Positions 10,085 to 20,121 of a stretch of 64,000 bases of DNA are shown here, in pieces. The DNA comes from Gallionella sp. Lineage in GTDB: Bacteria > Pseudomonadota > Gammaproteobacteria > Burkholderiales > Gallionellaceae. The position numbers and the translations under genes were made by a program. The notes beneath the pieces are model-generated. The model saw only the letters and a list, made by a program, of their open reading frames with translations, ran no database searches and was not told the DNA's origin. Position 1 is the first letter of the stretch. Every line of letters begins with the position of its first letter. The stretch spans positions 46,099 to 110,098 of the forward strand of contig JBAUQH010000057.1 in NCBI GenBank assembly GCA_049580605.1, in the 5' to 3' direction.

Positions 10085-10534
10085 CTATGACACGCTAACC
10101 TTGATCGTCTTGTTCCTTGGCTGGGTGGTCTTGGGCAGCGAGACGTTCAGCATGCCGTCCTTGAATTCCGCCTTGACTGCTTCCTCGTCGATATTGTCCG
10201 GCAACCGGAAGCTGCGCATGAAGCTGCCATAGGCGCGCTCGATGCGGTGGAATTTCCTGTTCTTCTCTTCCTTTTCCTGTTTGCGTTCGCCACTTATCGT
10301 AAGCAGGCCGTCCTCGATGTTGATCCTGACATCTTCCTTGTTCACGCCGGGGATTTCGCCCTGGATCAGATATGCCGCGTCGGTCTCGGTGATGTCGACG
10401 CTGGGTGCCCAGTCTGCCGTAGCCAGCAATTCGCGTACCGGCTCGGTGCGGGCCGGGAATCTGCCGAAAATCCGGTTCAGTTGTTTTGAAACATCTTCCA
10501 GTTCCACGAATGGATCCCATTTCACTAAGCTCAT
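10085..10534 (-). CDS. Hsp20/alpha-crystallin small heat-shock protein
   Basis: WAPSVDITET, ERAYGSFMRSFRLP, AEFKDGML. Confidence 0.95.
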   Translation of the reverse strand: MSLVKWDPFVELEDVSKQLNRIFGRFPARTEPVRELLATADWAPSVDITETDAAYLIQGEIPGVNKEDVRINIEDGLLTISGERKQEKEEKNRKFHRIERAYGSFMRSFRLPDNIDEEAVKAEFKDGMLNVSLPKTTQPRNKTIKVSVS

Positions 10535-10608
10535 GATCGTTCTCCAATTAAAAAGTTGAAATATTCGAATTTTGTCCAGCATCGTCATATTTGCTGCTGG
10601 TACCCTCA

Positions 10609-10636
10609 ATATGGATGTTCAAAGCCGTAATTCAAG
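10609..10636 (-). promoter_or_regulatory. Putative sigma-32 promoter of hsp20
   Basis: Minus strand CTTGAA-N14-ATCCATAT versus consensus CTTGAA-N13-15-CCCCATnT. Confidence 0.6.
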
Positions 10637-10736
10637 TGAATTTTTGCAGGAAAATTTGCGCCAAGAGGGAAGGGGTCTGCGCGACGCGCAGCCGGACCGG
10701 GCGATGAACGGAGTGGCAGCGTTCGGGAACCGGGTT

Positions 10737-11564
10737 TCAGCCTGAGGCCTCCCCGGGGTTATCCGGCAACAGCTGCAGTTCCACCTCGGTTTTCCACAAG
10801 CCGGAAATCACCCGCCGGTTCGATTCCGAGTTCGCGCTGCTCCAGAAACGCACGCTGCCGGGCCGGGTTTCGGATGACAGCAGCGCGGCGCCGTTCAGCC
10901 GACGGCGCAGCTCGCGCGCTATTGCTGGCGAGGGGTCCATGATCGTGACCGCAGCGCCGGCGATTTCGCGGATCAGCGGGGCGAGAAACGGATAGTGCGT
11001 GCAACCCAGCACGATGGTGTCGGCCTGCTGTTCCAGCAATGGCAGCACATATCGTTCCACCAGCGCGCGGGTTTCGTGACCGGACAGTTTGCCCGCCTCG
11101 ACCTGCTCGACCAGCCCCGGGCAGGCCTGCATCAGGATTCTGACGCCAGCGCCAAAACGCTGGTGCAGTTTCGCGAAATTGTCGCTGGTGATGGTGCGGC
11201 TGGTGGCCAGCACGCCGATCACCCCGGTTTTCGTGTGCGCCGCCGCGGGTTTGACAGCCGGCTCCATCGCGACGATGGGTAGCGGAAATCTAGCGCGCAG
11301 TGTTTCGACCGCGGCACCGCTCGCGGTATTGCAGGCCACGACGATGGCCTTGGCGTTCTGGCTGACCAGGAACCCGGCAATCGCAATCGACCGGGCCTCG
11401 ATCTGCCGGCTGGTCTTGTCGCCGTACGGCGCATGCGCGGAGTCGGCCACATACAGCAGGTTTTCGCCCGGCAGTTCGCGGCGGATTTCCTGCAGCACCG
11501 CGAGTCCGCCGACGCCGGAATCGAACACGCCTATCGGGTTGGCAGAAGGATTTTCGGGATTCAT
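10737..11564 (-). CDS. murI: Glutamate racemase
   Basis: FDSGVGG, VACNTAS, LGCTHYP. Confidence 0.95.
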   Translation of the reverse strand: MNPENPSANPIGVFDSGVGGLAVLQEIRRELPGENLLYVADSAHAPYGDKTSRQIEARSIAIAGFLVSQNAKAIVVACNTASGAAVETLRARFPLPIVAMEPAVKPAAAHTKTGVIGVLATSRTITSDNFAKLHQRFGAGVRILMQACPGLVEQVEAGKLSGHETRALVERYVLPLLEQQADTIVLGCTHYPFLAPLIREIAGAAVTIMDPSPAIARELRRRLNGAALLSSETRPGSVRFWSSANSESNRRVISGLWKTEVELQLLPDNPGEASG

Positions 11565-11585
11565 CGTTTGCTTCGTATCGTTGCT

Positions 11586-14066
11586 TCAGCGCACCCGCCG
11601 GTGTCCCGATTTGGAAGGTTCCGGTTCATGGTGTCCGGATACCTGGCAGGCGCGGCGGTAGTCGAGCAGGGTGCGCTGCGCATTTCCGAGCACGCTGTCG
11701 CGCGGATAACTGCCCGACTCGTCGGCTGTGCCTGCCGGATACCCGGTGAGCAGTTCCATGCCCTCGAGCGCATGTTCCGCGGTGTAAATATGGAACATGC
11801 CCTGCTCCACGGCCCCGGCAATGTTGCGCTCCAGCATCAGGTTGCGGCGGTTGCGGCGCGGAATCAATACGCCCTGGCGGCCGTCCAGTCCGGCCGTTGC
11901 GCAAATGCGGAAATAGCCCTCGATCTTTTCATTGATGCCGCCCACCGGCAGCATTTCGCCGTGCTGATTGACCGCGCCGGTCACCGCAATACCCTGATTG
12001 AGCGGCAGGCCTGACAGCGAAGAAAGCAGCACGAAAAGTTCGGCACAGGAAGCGGAGTCGCCCTCCACGCCGTGATATTCCTGCTCGAATACGATGGAAG
12101 CATTCATCGCGAGCGGCGCGTTCCGGGCAAACAGCGCGGACAGGTAGTTTTGCAGGATCAGCACGCCCTTGTCGTGGATCGGTCCGGACAGTTCCACCTC
12201 GCGCTCGATGTTGAGCAGCCCGTCCTCGCCGGCAAAGGTGCGCGCGGTGACGCGCACCGGAAATCCGAAGCGGTAATCCCCGAGGTCGATCTGGGTCAGC
12301 GCATTGAGCTGGCCGATCGCTTCGCCGTGCAGCGCGATCAGCACATCGCCTTCGACGATCGATTGCTGCATGCGCTGGTCGGGGTAATCGTGGCGCAACA
12401 TGCGCGCACGGATCGCCGCCTCGACATCCTGTGCATCCACTCTGGGTGCTTCGACCAGCGGATTTTGCGCCGCGGGCATCCCGGCCGGGCTGCCGGAACG
12501 GGTGCGGCACCGCGCTGCGCTTTCCATCAGCAGCGCCTCGGTTTCGGCAAAAATCGCGCTGTGACGGGACTGGTCATCCACTTTGCGATGACCTTCCTCG
12601 ACCAGTCGCGCGACCGCCGTTGCGGTGAAATGCGGCAGTCCCAGTTCACGGCAGGTATGCGCGACGAAGATCGCCGTGGCGCGGCGACTCTCGGCGTTTG
12701 ATGAAAAGCTTTCGGCAAAGTCCACCTTGACCCGGAAGCGGCGCGCGAACTCCGGGTCGCCCTCCTGCAACTCGTAATATTGCTCGCGCGAGCCGACCAT
12801 GATGATTTTGGTCTCGATATCCACCGCTTCCGGCATCAGCGAAACGGCCGCGACCGGCGCGAACGCGGTGCCCGGCTCTTCGGTCTGCAGCCTGCCGCTG
12901 CGCAGAAATCGCCGCAGCTTTTCCCACACCAGCGGATCGGCCAGCAGGTCGCGCAGATGCAGCATCAGGAAACCGCCGTGCGCGCGGTGCAGACTGCCGG
13001 CGCGGATCCGCGAAAAATCGGTGACCAGCACATCGTTTTCGGACTGGTATTCGATGCTGCCGAACAGCGAGCGGAACAGCGGATTGTCCTCGACGATCAC
13101 CGGTGCGCCGTGCAGTCCGTCGTTGTCCACCACCAGGTTGACGCGGTAACGCGACAATACGGTATTCAACGCCTCGCGCCGGATTTCGTCTTCGCTATCG
13201 GAAACCTTGAACAGCTCCAGATTTTCAAGCACGTCGTGCACAACCTGATCCAGATAGGCGCCGAGCTTGACCGCATCCTTGATCTGCTTTTTCAGGCCGG
13301 CCCGGATTTCCTGCAACCCGCGATCCAGCAGCGGTTTCACCACCTGGCGGCGCAATGCCGCCAGTGCCTCGTTCATTGCGCGTTCCAGCGGCCGGGTCTT
13401 GTCGAAGTAGCGTGCAATCTCCGCATGCAACTCCTGCTCGGCCAGCGCGATCTCGGCACGGCGTCCCTTCGGCAAGGCCAGCACTTCGTCCTCGGTATAG
13501 GCGCGCCCCTTTTTTCCCCGCAGCGTGAACAGAATATGGCCGGTTTCGCGGTGCATGGTGAAACTGCGGGCTTCGGCAAATGCTTCCAGTTCTGCATAGG
13601 ACTTCGCTTCTTCCGCCTTGTAATTTTTTTCGATGCGCTCGCTTTCTGCCTTGAAATCCTGTCCGTCCAGCTGGCGGGGTATTTCCGTCTGCAGTGTTTT
13701 TGACATTTGCGCCATCATTTGCCGGAGCAGCCGGCCCTGGCCGGCAGGCAGGCGCAGCGCGCGCGGCCGTTCCGGCGCATCGAAATTGTGCAGATAACAC
13801 AGGTCGGGCGGCACCGCTTTGCCTGAGGCTGCCGCCAGCATCGCCTGCCTGAGCAATGAAGATCGCCCGCTGCCGACCTCGCCCAGCACGAACAGGTTGT
13901 AGTCCGGCTGGTCCATGCCGAGTCCGAAGCGCGCGGCTTCCTCCGCGCGCTGCTGCCCGATCCACGGCAGCGGGTGCTCCAGCAATTCGGAAGTATCGGA
14001 GAAGCCCAGTTCATCGGGTGCGATCGTGAGGCGCAGCTCGGCGGGCATGAGGATTTGAATCGGCAT
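11586..14066 (-). CDS. LonC-like AAA+/S16 protease
   Basis: AGSLHRAHGG, SGPIHDKG, EGDSASCAE (Ser), GGINEKIEG (Lys). Confidence 0.88.
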   Translation of the reverse strand: MPIQILMPAELRLTIAPDELGFSDTSELLEHPLPWIGQQRAEEAARFGLGMDQPDYNLFVLGEVGSGRSSLLRQAMLAAASGKAVPPDLCYLHNFDAPERPRALRLPAGQGRLLRQMMAQMSKTLQTEIPRQLDGQDFKAESERIEKNYKAEEAKSYAELEAFAEARSFTMHRETGHILFTLRGKKGRAYTEDEVLALPKGRRAEIALAEQELHAEIARYFDKTRPLERAMNEALAALRRQVVKPLLDRGLQEIRAGLKKQIKDAVKLGAYLDQVVHDVLENLELFKVSDSEDEIRREALNTVLSRYRVNLVVDNDGLHGAPVIVEDNPLFRSLFGSIEYQSENDVLVTDFSRIRAGSLHRAHGGFLMLHLRDLLADPLVWEKLRRFLRSGRLQTEEPGTAFAPVAAVSLMPEAVDIETKIIMVGSREQYYELQEGDPEFARRFRVKVDFAESFSSNAESRRATAIFVAHTCRELGLPHFTATAVARLVEEGHRKVDDQSRHSAIFAETEALLMESAARCRTRSGSPAGMPAAQNPLVEAPRVDAQDVEAAIRARMLRHDYPDQRMQQSIVEGDVLIALHGEAIGQLNALTQIDLGDYRFGFPVRVTARTFAGEDGLLNIEREVELSGPIHDKGVLILQNYLSALFARNAPLAMNASIVFEQEYHGVEGDSASCAELFVLLSSLSGLPLNQGIAVTGAVNQHGEMLPVGGINEKIEGYFRICATAGLDGRQGVLIPRRNRRNLMLERNIAGAVEQGMFHIYTAEHALEGMELLTGYPAGTADESGSYPRDSVLGNAQRTLLDYRRACQVSGHHEPEPSKSGHRRVR

Positions 14067-14127
14067 TTTTTATTGTGGAGACACGTGGGATGACCGGATT
14101 GTACCCATTAATCGGGGCCCATTTCCG

Positions 14128-14772
14128 TCAGCGTGGATGTTTTGCTCCGGCAGAAACCAGGGCGGCCATCTCCGCGGCATTGCGCTGATTGCTGCTGTCG
14201 AGCCCTGCGATGACACCCTCCTGGTTTTTCGCGGGCTGGTTCTGGCTCGCTTTCCATTTTCCCGAAAGTCTGGTGATAGCGATCTCGAAGCCGACGATGG
14301 CTTCGAGCAAATTTTCGGTGTAATCGTGCGGTGCATCCGACACGGCCCACGGCCGGGCAAAACCTGATTCATTGTGCGCGGTCAGCGCTTCAAGCTGGGC
14401 GCGCAGCCAAGCCTTATCGTCGATCACGCGCAGCGTGCCGTAAGCATGGACAACCGCATAGTTCCAGGTGGGAACGACTTTGCCGGTTTCCTTCTTGGTG
14501 GCGTACCACGACGGGGTGATGTAGCTGTCCGGCCCGTGGAATATCGCCAGCACTTCGACGTCTGTTGAGAAATCGCGCCACAGCGGATTCGCGCGCGCCA
14601 CGTGGCCGCGCAACGTGCCGAATGGCGCAGGTGCATCATCGAGGTGCATTGGAATGTGATTCGCTTCGAGCCCGCCGGAAGTGAGCGTGACCAGCGTTGC
14701 CAGCGGACGCGCGCGCATCAGCTCATGCATCAGATCGATACGGGGTTGTTCGAAATGTTCGGGGGTATACAT
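14128..14772 (-). CDS. FMN-binding negative transcriptional regulator (PaiB family)
   Basis: GHVARANP, YITPSWY, VPTWNY, GKWKASQN. Confidence 0.9.
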   Translation of the reverse strand: MYTPEHFEQPRIDLMHELMRARPLATLVTLTSGGLEANHIPMHLDDAPAPFGTLRGHVARANPLWRDFSTDVEVLAIFHGPDSYITPSWYATKKETGKVVPTWNYAVVHAYGTLRVIDDKAWLRAQLEALTAHNESGFARPWAVSDAPHDYTENLLEAIVGFEIAITRLSGKWKASQNQPAKNQEGVIAGLDSSNQRNAAEMAALVSAGAKHPR

Positions 14773-14877
14773 GGGCGTTAGGTTCCTATTGATCCGTCAC
14801 TATCGGTAGCGGGAAACAGCAGATTTCGGATTTTGCCCGGACAAGCGAAAAACGGGAACAGGCTGAAGCAAAGCTGC

Positions 14878-15441
14878 TCAGTCGGGGGCTGCCTGTGGCG
14901 ATGCATCAGTTGTTGCCAGACGTACCACGATGTTGTTCGTCATCACGCTGTTGGGCACCAGAATCTCGTTCCGTTCAGTATCGCGCAGTATCGTATAACC
15001 CAGAGAAAGTATTTCCACCGTGGCGGTCACCAGCCCCCTGGGCGTGTTCAACTGCACGCTGTCGCCGATCCGGAACGGCCGGTACAGCACCAGCGACAGG
15101 CCGGCAATCAGGTTCGCCAGCGTGTTCTGCGCGGCCAGTCCCAGAACCACCGAAACGACGCTGACACCGGCCAGCAGCGCGGTGCCGAGCGAGCGCAGCG
15201 CCGGAATGAGATGGGCATACAGCACAAAGCCGACCAGGTAAGCGAGGACTTGCACAAGCGCACTGGCGAACGCAAGCCCGGTCGCGTCCGACAAATGCGT
15301 TTCGATGCGCCGGGCTGCCTTCCTGACAATGGAGGCGAGCGTGCTGGCGGCAATGAAAAACACGATCGCGAAAAATACCGCGCCGACCAGTGTTTGCGGG
15401 TCCAGCAGATTGATTTTCGCGGTATCGAGCAGGCCGGTCAT
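14878..15441 (-). CDS. MscS-family mechanosensitive channel (short form)
   Basis: GLAAQNTLANLIAG, RPFRIGD, VPNS. Confidence 0.85.
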   Translation of the reverse strand: MTGLLDTAKINLLDPQTLVGAVFFAIVFFIAASTLASIVRKAARRIETHLSDATGLAFASALVQVLAYLVGFVLYAHLIPALRSLGTALLAGVSVVSVVLGLAAQNTLANLIAGLSLVLYRPFRIGDSVQLNTPRGLVTATVEILSLGYTILRDTERNEILVPNSVMTNNIVVRLATTDASPQAAPD

Positions 15442-15448
15442 GACGCGC

Positions 15449-16537
15449 TCACTTTTTCGAGCCCATCGCCAGCGCGCGCAACCTGCCCCGTTCCAGCTCC
15501 GCTGCGTCAGGCTCGACCAGCCAGCCGTGCAGGTTGTCCATCACCAGGTCGGCCAGCGCGTGTATCCAGTCGTCGCGTTCGTTCAGGCAGGGAATATAGT
15601 GGTATTCGCCGCCGCCGGCGCGCTGGAAATCGGTCTTTCCTTCCATCGCGATTTCTTCCAGCGTCTCCAGGCAATCCGCGACGAAGCCGGGGCATACCAC
15701 GTCCACGCGGCTGGTTTTCAGTTTGCCGAGATCGACCAGTGTGGCGGTAGTATAGGGCTTGATCCATTCCGCCCTGCCGAAGCGCGACTGGAAGCTGACC
15801 GTGTATTGCCCGGGTTCCAGGCCGAGTTCCTGCGCCAGCAGGCGTCCGGTCTTGTGGCATTCGCAGTGGTAAAAATCACCTTTGTCCTGCGTGTACTGGG
15901 GTACGCCGTGGAAGCTCATCACCAGCTTATCCGGCCGGCCGTTCTTCATCCAGTAGTCGTTCACGTTGCTTGCCAGCGCCTTGATGTAGCCGGGGTTGTC
16001 GTGGAAATTCCGGACGGTGCGCAGCGCGGGCATGCTGCGCATCTTCTGCATGGCGCCGAATACCAGGTCGAACACGGTTGCGGTGGAACTGGCGGCGTAT
16101 TGCGGGTACATCGGCACGACCAGGATGCGCCGGCAATTCTGTTCCCTGAACTTCTGCAGCACGCCGGCAATCGACGGGCTGCCGTAGCTCATCGCGTAAT
16201 CCACCACGAACGGCGCCCTGGTGCGCTGGCCCAGGTAGCCGCGCAGCAGCACCGCCTGCTTTGCGGTATGGACACGCAACGGCGACCCTTCCCGGGTCCA
16301 GATCGACGCATATTTTGCGGCGGATTTCTTCGGGCGGATGTTGAGGATGATGCCGTTCAGGATCAGCCACCATATCGGCCTGGGAATTTCCACCACGCGC
16401 GGGTCGCTGAGGAATTCCTTCAGGTAGGGTCGCACCGCTTTCGCGGTGGGCGCATCTGGCGTGCCGAGGTTGACCAGCAGGATGCCGGTTGTGGCGGGCG
16501 TGCCGTGCGCGAAGGAAGGTTCGGTCTGGTAGCTCAT
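15449..16537 (-). CDS. hemH: Ferrochelatase
   Basis: [37 protein letters not shown]. Confidence 0.97.
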   Translation of the reverse strand: MSYQTEPSFAHGTPATTGILLVNLGTPDAPTAKAVRPYLKEFLSDPRVVEIPRPIWWLILNGIILNIRPKKSAAKYASIWTREGSPLRVHTAKQAVLLRGYLGQRTRAPFVVDYAMSYGSPSIAGVLQKFREQNCRRILVVPMYPQYAASSTATVFDLVFGAMQKMRSMPALRTVRNFHDNPGYIKALASNVNDYWMKNGRPDKLVMSFHGVPQYTQDKGDFYHCECHKTGRLLAQELGLEPGQYTVSFQSRFGRAEWIKPYTTATLVDLGKLKTSRVDVVCPGFVADCLETLEEIAMEGKTDFQRAGGGEYHYIPCLNERDDWIHALADLVMDNLHGWLVEPDAAELERGRLRALAMGSKK

Positions 16538-16567
16538 GTACAGGATCCAGGGTTGGGGTTGCCGGGC

Positions 16568-17587
16568 TCAGTGCTGGGAAAGCGCATTGCCGAGCAGGCG
16601 CGCGGTGATGTCCACGATCGGGATGACCCGCTCATAATCCATGCGCTTCGGGCCGACCACCGCGAGCGTGCCGACCACCCGGCCGTCGGCTGTGTAAGGG
16701 GCGGTGATCACGCTGCACTCGTCCAGCGAGGCCAGGCCGGATTCGCTGCCGACAAAGATGTGGATGCCCTGCCCGCGGCGACCCGCCTCGAGCAGCTGCA
16801 GCAGCTCGGTTTTCTTCTCGAACAGGTTGAACAGTCCGCGCAACCGGTTCATGTCCGCAGACAGATCCTCGACATCCAACAGATGGTGTTCGCCGCTGAT
16901 CACGTAGTCTCCGGTCTGCTTTGCTTCCGCCGCATCGCCCGCGGCGAGTGCCGCAGCCATCAGCGCGCTCATGTCCTGGTGCAGCTGCCGCAATTCGCCG
17001 CGCAGCCGGTCGCGGATCTGCGAAAAGCTGCAGCCGATGTAATTCTGGTTCAGGAAGTTGCCTGCCTCGGTGAGCTGCGACTGGGTGTAGTCGCGTTCCA
17101 GCAACAGCACGCGGTTCTCGACCTCGCCGTCCGGCATCACAATGATCAGCAGCACCCGTTTTTCGCCCAGGCGCAGGAATTCGATCTGGCGCACCGTGAT
17201 CGCGTTGCGTTTCACCGTCGCGACCACGCCGGCGAAGTGCGTCAGGTCGGAGAGTATGTTCGACGCTTGCGCGATCAGCCGCGACGGGTTGTCCGGCTGC
17301 AGCTTGTCTTCCATCTGCCGAACGCGTGCCTTGTCCAGCGGTTTGGTGACCAGCATGGTGTCGATGAACAGCCGGTACGCCAACGCGGTCGGGATGCGCC
17401 CGGCCGAGATGTGCGGGCTGCTGACCAGGCCGATGTCTTCCAGTTCGGACATCACGTTGCGGATGGTCGCGGAACTGACTTCCAGCCCGGAATGCTGGAG
17501 CAGCGCGCGTGAACCGACCGGCTGGCCGTCGCTGATGTAGCGTTCCACCAGGGTCTTGAGCAGGATTTGGGCGCGTTCGTTAAGCAT
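16568..17587 (-). CDS. hrcA: Heat-inducible transcription repressor
   Basis: GQPVGSR, SSATIRNVM, SAGRIPT, GPKRMDY. Confidence 0.96.
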   Translation of the reverse strand: MLNERAQILLKTLVERYISDGQPVGSRALLQHSGLEVSSATIRNVMSELEDIGLVSSPHISAGRIPTALAYRLFIDTMLVTKPLDKARVRQMEDKLQPDNPSRLIAQASNILSDLTHFAGVVATVKRNAITVRQIEFLRLGEKRVLLIIVMPDGEVENRVLLLERDYTQSQLTEAGNFLNQNYIGCSFSQIRDRLRGELRQLHQDMSALMAAALAAGDAAEAKQTGDYVISGEHHLLDVEDLSADMNRLRGLFNLFEKKTELLQLLEAGRRGQGIHIFVGSESGLASLDECSVITAPYTADGRVVGTLAVVGPKRMDYERVIPIVDITARLLGNALSQH

Positions 17588-17797
17588 GCATCAATTCTAC
17601 CATCGGCAATGGGATGCTCAACCTGCTTTAGCGGTTCCCGATGAAATCGCAATTAGCGGCAGTTTGGGGCCTGGCATCGATACCAACCGATATCCGTCAC
17701 GGATTTGCTGAATGTTTAAGTTGATAAGTTAAAATATCAAGTTGAACTTATTTCATTCGATCTGATCAACGACGCTTCACTTAACAGGGAGTCATGG

Positions 17798-18214
17798 ATG
17801 TTGCGCAAAATTTTTTCATTTGTTCTTCTCGTTGGGTCCTGCAGCCTGGCCGCGCAGGCGGCTTATGCGGAAACCCCGGGCGATATACTGGCGGCACTCA
17901 AAACAGAGGCTGCGGCGACGCCGGGTTTCCAGGGGTTTTCGGCCGCACACGGGGAGAGCTTCTTCAAGACCAAACATCTGCACGACCTGAGCTGCTCCTC
18001 CTGCCATACCGACAATCCCGCTGCCGAAGGCAAGCATGCCGAAACCGGCAAGCTGATCAAGCCGCTTGCCCCGTCCGCGAATCCGGAGCGGTTCACCGAC
18101 ATGAAAAAAGCGATCAAGTGGTTCAGGCGCAATTGCAACGATGTGCTCGACCGTGAATGCACCGCGCAGGAAAAGGGCGATGTTCTTACCTACCTGATGA
18201 CAGTAAAGAAATAG
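17798..18214 (+). CDS. SHP-type (DUF1924) monohaem cytochrome c
   Basis: Signal peptide, CSSCH, PLAPSANPERFTD, WFRRNCNDVLDRECT. Confidence 0.88.
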   Translation: MLRKIFSFVLLVGSCSLAAQAAYAETPGDILAALKTEAAATPGFQGFSAAHGESFFKTKHLHDLSCSSCHTDNPAAEGKHAETGKLIKPLAPSANPERFTDMKKAIKWFRRNCNDVLDRECTAQEKGDVLTYLMTVKK

Positions 18215-18224
18215 GGGCACACAG

Positions 18225-18734
18225 ATGATCAAAGCGAAAAATATATCCCGTGTGCCGTTGTATGCCGCGCTGGTAATGGCGGCAATGATGTATGTCGCCC
18301 AAGTTTCATCGGCGCTGGCTGACGATGACGACGAAGACAGCGGTCATCGGCCTGCAGTCGTAGACGCCAGGTGGGCCACCGAGTGCAGCGCCTGCCACGT
18401 GGCCTATCCGGCACGCTATCTTCCGGCAGTATCATGGCGCGCGATCATGGCCGGGCTGGGCAAACATTTCGGCAGCAATGCCAGTCTGGATCCGGCAACC
18501 GCGAAAGAAATTACCGCTTACCTGGTGAAGAATGCCGGCACCAGGCGGCATGACGCATCGGGCAAACCGGTGCTGCGCATCACCGAAACCCGCTGGTTCA
18601 GGTCCGAGCACCGCGAAGTCGCGGCACGCCACTGGAAGGATCCCCGGGTCAAGAGCCGCGCGAATTGCGGCGCGTGCCACACCACCGCCGACAAGGGTGA
18701 TTTCAGCGAACGGCATGTCCGGTTCCCCCGTTAG
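18225..18734 (+). CDS. Dihaem cytochrome c (DHC family)
   Basis: ECSACHVAYP, HFG, RITETRWF, NCGACH. Confidence 0.9.
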   Translation: MIKAKNISRVPLYAALVMAAMMYVAQVSSALADDDDEDSGHRPAVVDARWATECSACHVAYPARYLPAVSWRAIMAGLGKHFGSNASLDPATAKEITAYLVKNAGTRRHDASGKPVLRITETRWFRSEHREVAARHWKDPRVKSRANCGACHTTADKGDFSERHVRFPR

Positions 18735-18746
18735 GAAGCACATATC

Positions 18747-19367
18747 ATGACGCAACGCATCCTTGTCTGGGACGTGCCCACGCGGGTATTTCACTGGCTG
18801 CAGGCGCTGGCCTTCGGCGGCGCCTATCTGCTGGCATTTTCAGAGCGCTTTCGCGATTATCACGATGCGCTGGGCTATATCCTGCTGGGCTTGCTCGCGT
18901 TCAGGCTGGTGTGGGGATTTATCGGCACCGACTACGCGCGGTTCAGTTCATTCCTGTTCAGGCCGCGGGAAATCGCCGTCTATCTGCGCGCCATCGTCAA
19001 AGGCAAACCGGCCCATCATCTGGGGCACAACCCGGCGGGAAGCGTGTCGGTCTGGCTGTTGATCGCGCTGGGATTGTTCATTTGCGTTACCGGGGTGCTG
19101 TCGCTGCAGGACGATGCAAGCGACCAGGTTGTCGATCTGCACGGGCTGGCGACCAAAATCATGCTGGGCGTGATTGCGCTGCACCTGGTCGGCGTGCTGA
19201 TGAGCAGCATTCTGCACCGCGAAAATCTGGTGCGCGCAATGTTGACCGGATATAAATCCGCCGAAACGGAACAGGGTATCCGGCGCGCCTATCTCTGGCT
19301 GGGATTTTTGCTGGTGGTGGCTGTTGTGATATTCTGGTTTGCCTATGTAAGAAGACCGCTAGGCTAA
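18747..19367 (+). CDS. Cytochrome b (Ni-hydrogenase cyt b / b561-like)
   Basis: WDVPTRVFHW, GHNPAG, HRENLVRAMLTG. Confidence 0.9.
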   Translation: MTQRILVWDVPTRVFHWLQALAFGGAYLLAFSERFRDYHDALGYILLGLLAFRLVWGFIGTDYARFSSFLFRPREIAVYLRAIVKGKPAHHLGHNPAGSVSVWLLIALGLFICVTGVLSLQDDASDQVVDLHGLATKIMLGVIALHLVGVLMSSILHRENLVRAMLTGYKSAETEQGIRRAYLWLGFLLVVAVVIFWFAYVRRPLG

Positions 19368-19430
19368 AGCGGCGGCGTATTAGCCCTACAGCAAGTGCTC
19401 GGGAGTTCAATCAGCTTAAAGGGGCTATGG

Positions 19431-20111
19431 ATGTTTTACAGATTCACGTTTGCAAATTCAGTCGCCGGTGTCAGCCTGGCGATTTTTTCGGGAATGGCGT
19501 ACGCAGATAGTCCGGCAGGAAACATTGAGCTGCCAACAGCCGCCAGTTTTTATGCCAGACATTTTCAGTCGCTCGATTTATCGACATCCGATTCGAAACC
19601 CGGTTACAAAACCGGCTACCTTCTCGCGGCGAATGACAGCAGCGCCGCCCGGGTCCAGCCTGGTATTGCGCCGGAACCGGCCGGTAAATTCGAGCCGCCG
19701 CTGCTGACGGGCAGGAAGGCGCACGAGTACCTGGGTCTGGGCACGGTGCTGTTTGCCGGATTGACTGCGCTGGCCGCACCGGGAGAGGCTTGCGAACACA
19801 ACTGCCCGCCCGCTTCGCAGTTGCCACCCAGGGAAACATCGGGCACCACCCACACCAGGCTGGCCCGCACCACCGCAGTATTGGCCGTTGCCACGGTGGT
19901 AACCGGGCTGCTGTACCACTGGAACGACTTCCATCTGGAAGACGGACTGTCCGATCCGGACAACCAGCATGTGATGCTGGCCGGCACCGGCGCATTGTTG
20001 ATGCTGTACGCGATCAACAAGTCGGCAAATTCCTCGGTGCCGACCAGTCATGCAGGCATCGCCGAACTTGGCGCGGCGTCGATGCTGGTCGCAATCAAAT
20101 TGACCTGGTAA
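19431..20111 (+). CDS. Hypothetical membrane protein with four His-led hydrophobic helices (possible b-type cytochrome)
   Basis: Signal-like N-terminus; HEYLG, HTRLA, HVMLAG, HAGIAELG each precede a hydrophobic segment. Confidence 0.7.
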   Translation: MFYRFTFANSVAGVSLAIFSGMAYADSPAGNIELPTAASFYARHFQSLDLSTSDSKPGYKTGYLLAANDSSAARVQPGIAPEPAGKFEPPLLTGRKAHEYLGLGTVLFAGLTALAAPGEACEHNCPPASQLPPRETSGTTHTRLARTTAVLAVATVVTGLLYHWNDFHLEDGLSDPDNQHVMLAGTGALLMLYAINKSANSSVPTSHAGIAELGAASMLVAIKLTW

Positions 20112-20121
20112 CGGGGGCGCG

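Noticed and set aside
15305..17512. Long antisense ORFs (735 aa here; also 7500-9152, 34518-36383, 38840-40822, 53383-55227)
   Set aside because: They shadow well-identified genes on the opposite strand, as expected from GC-rich codon bias, and show no recognisable motifs.
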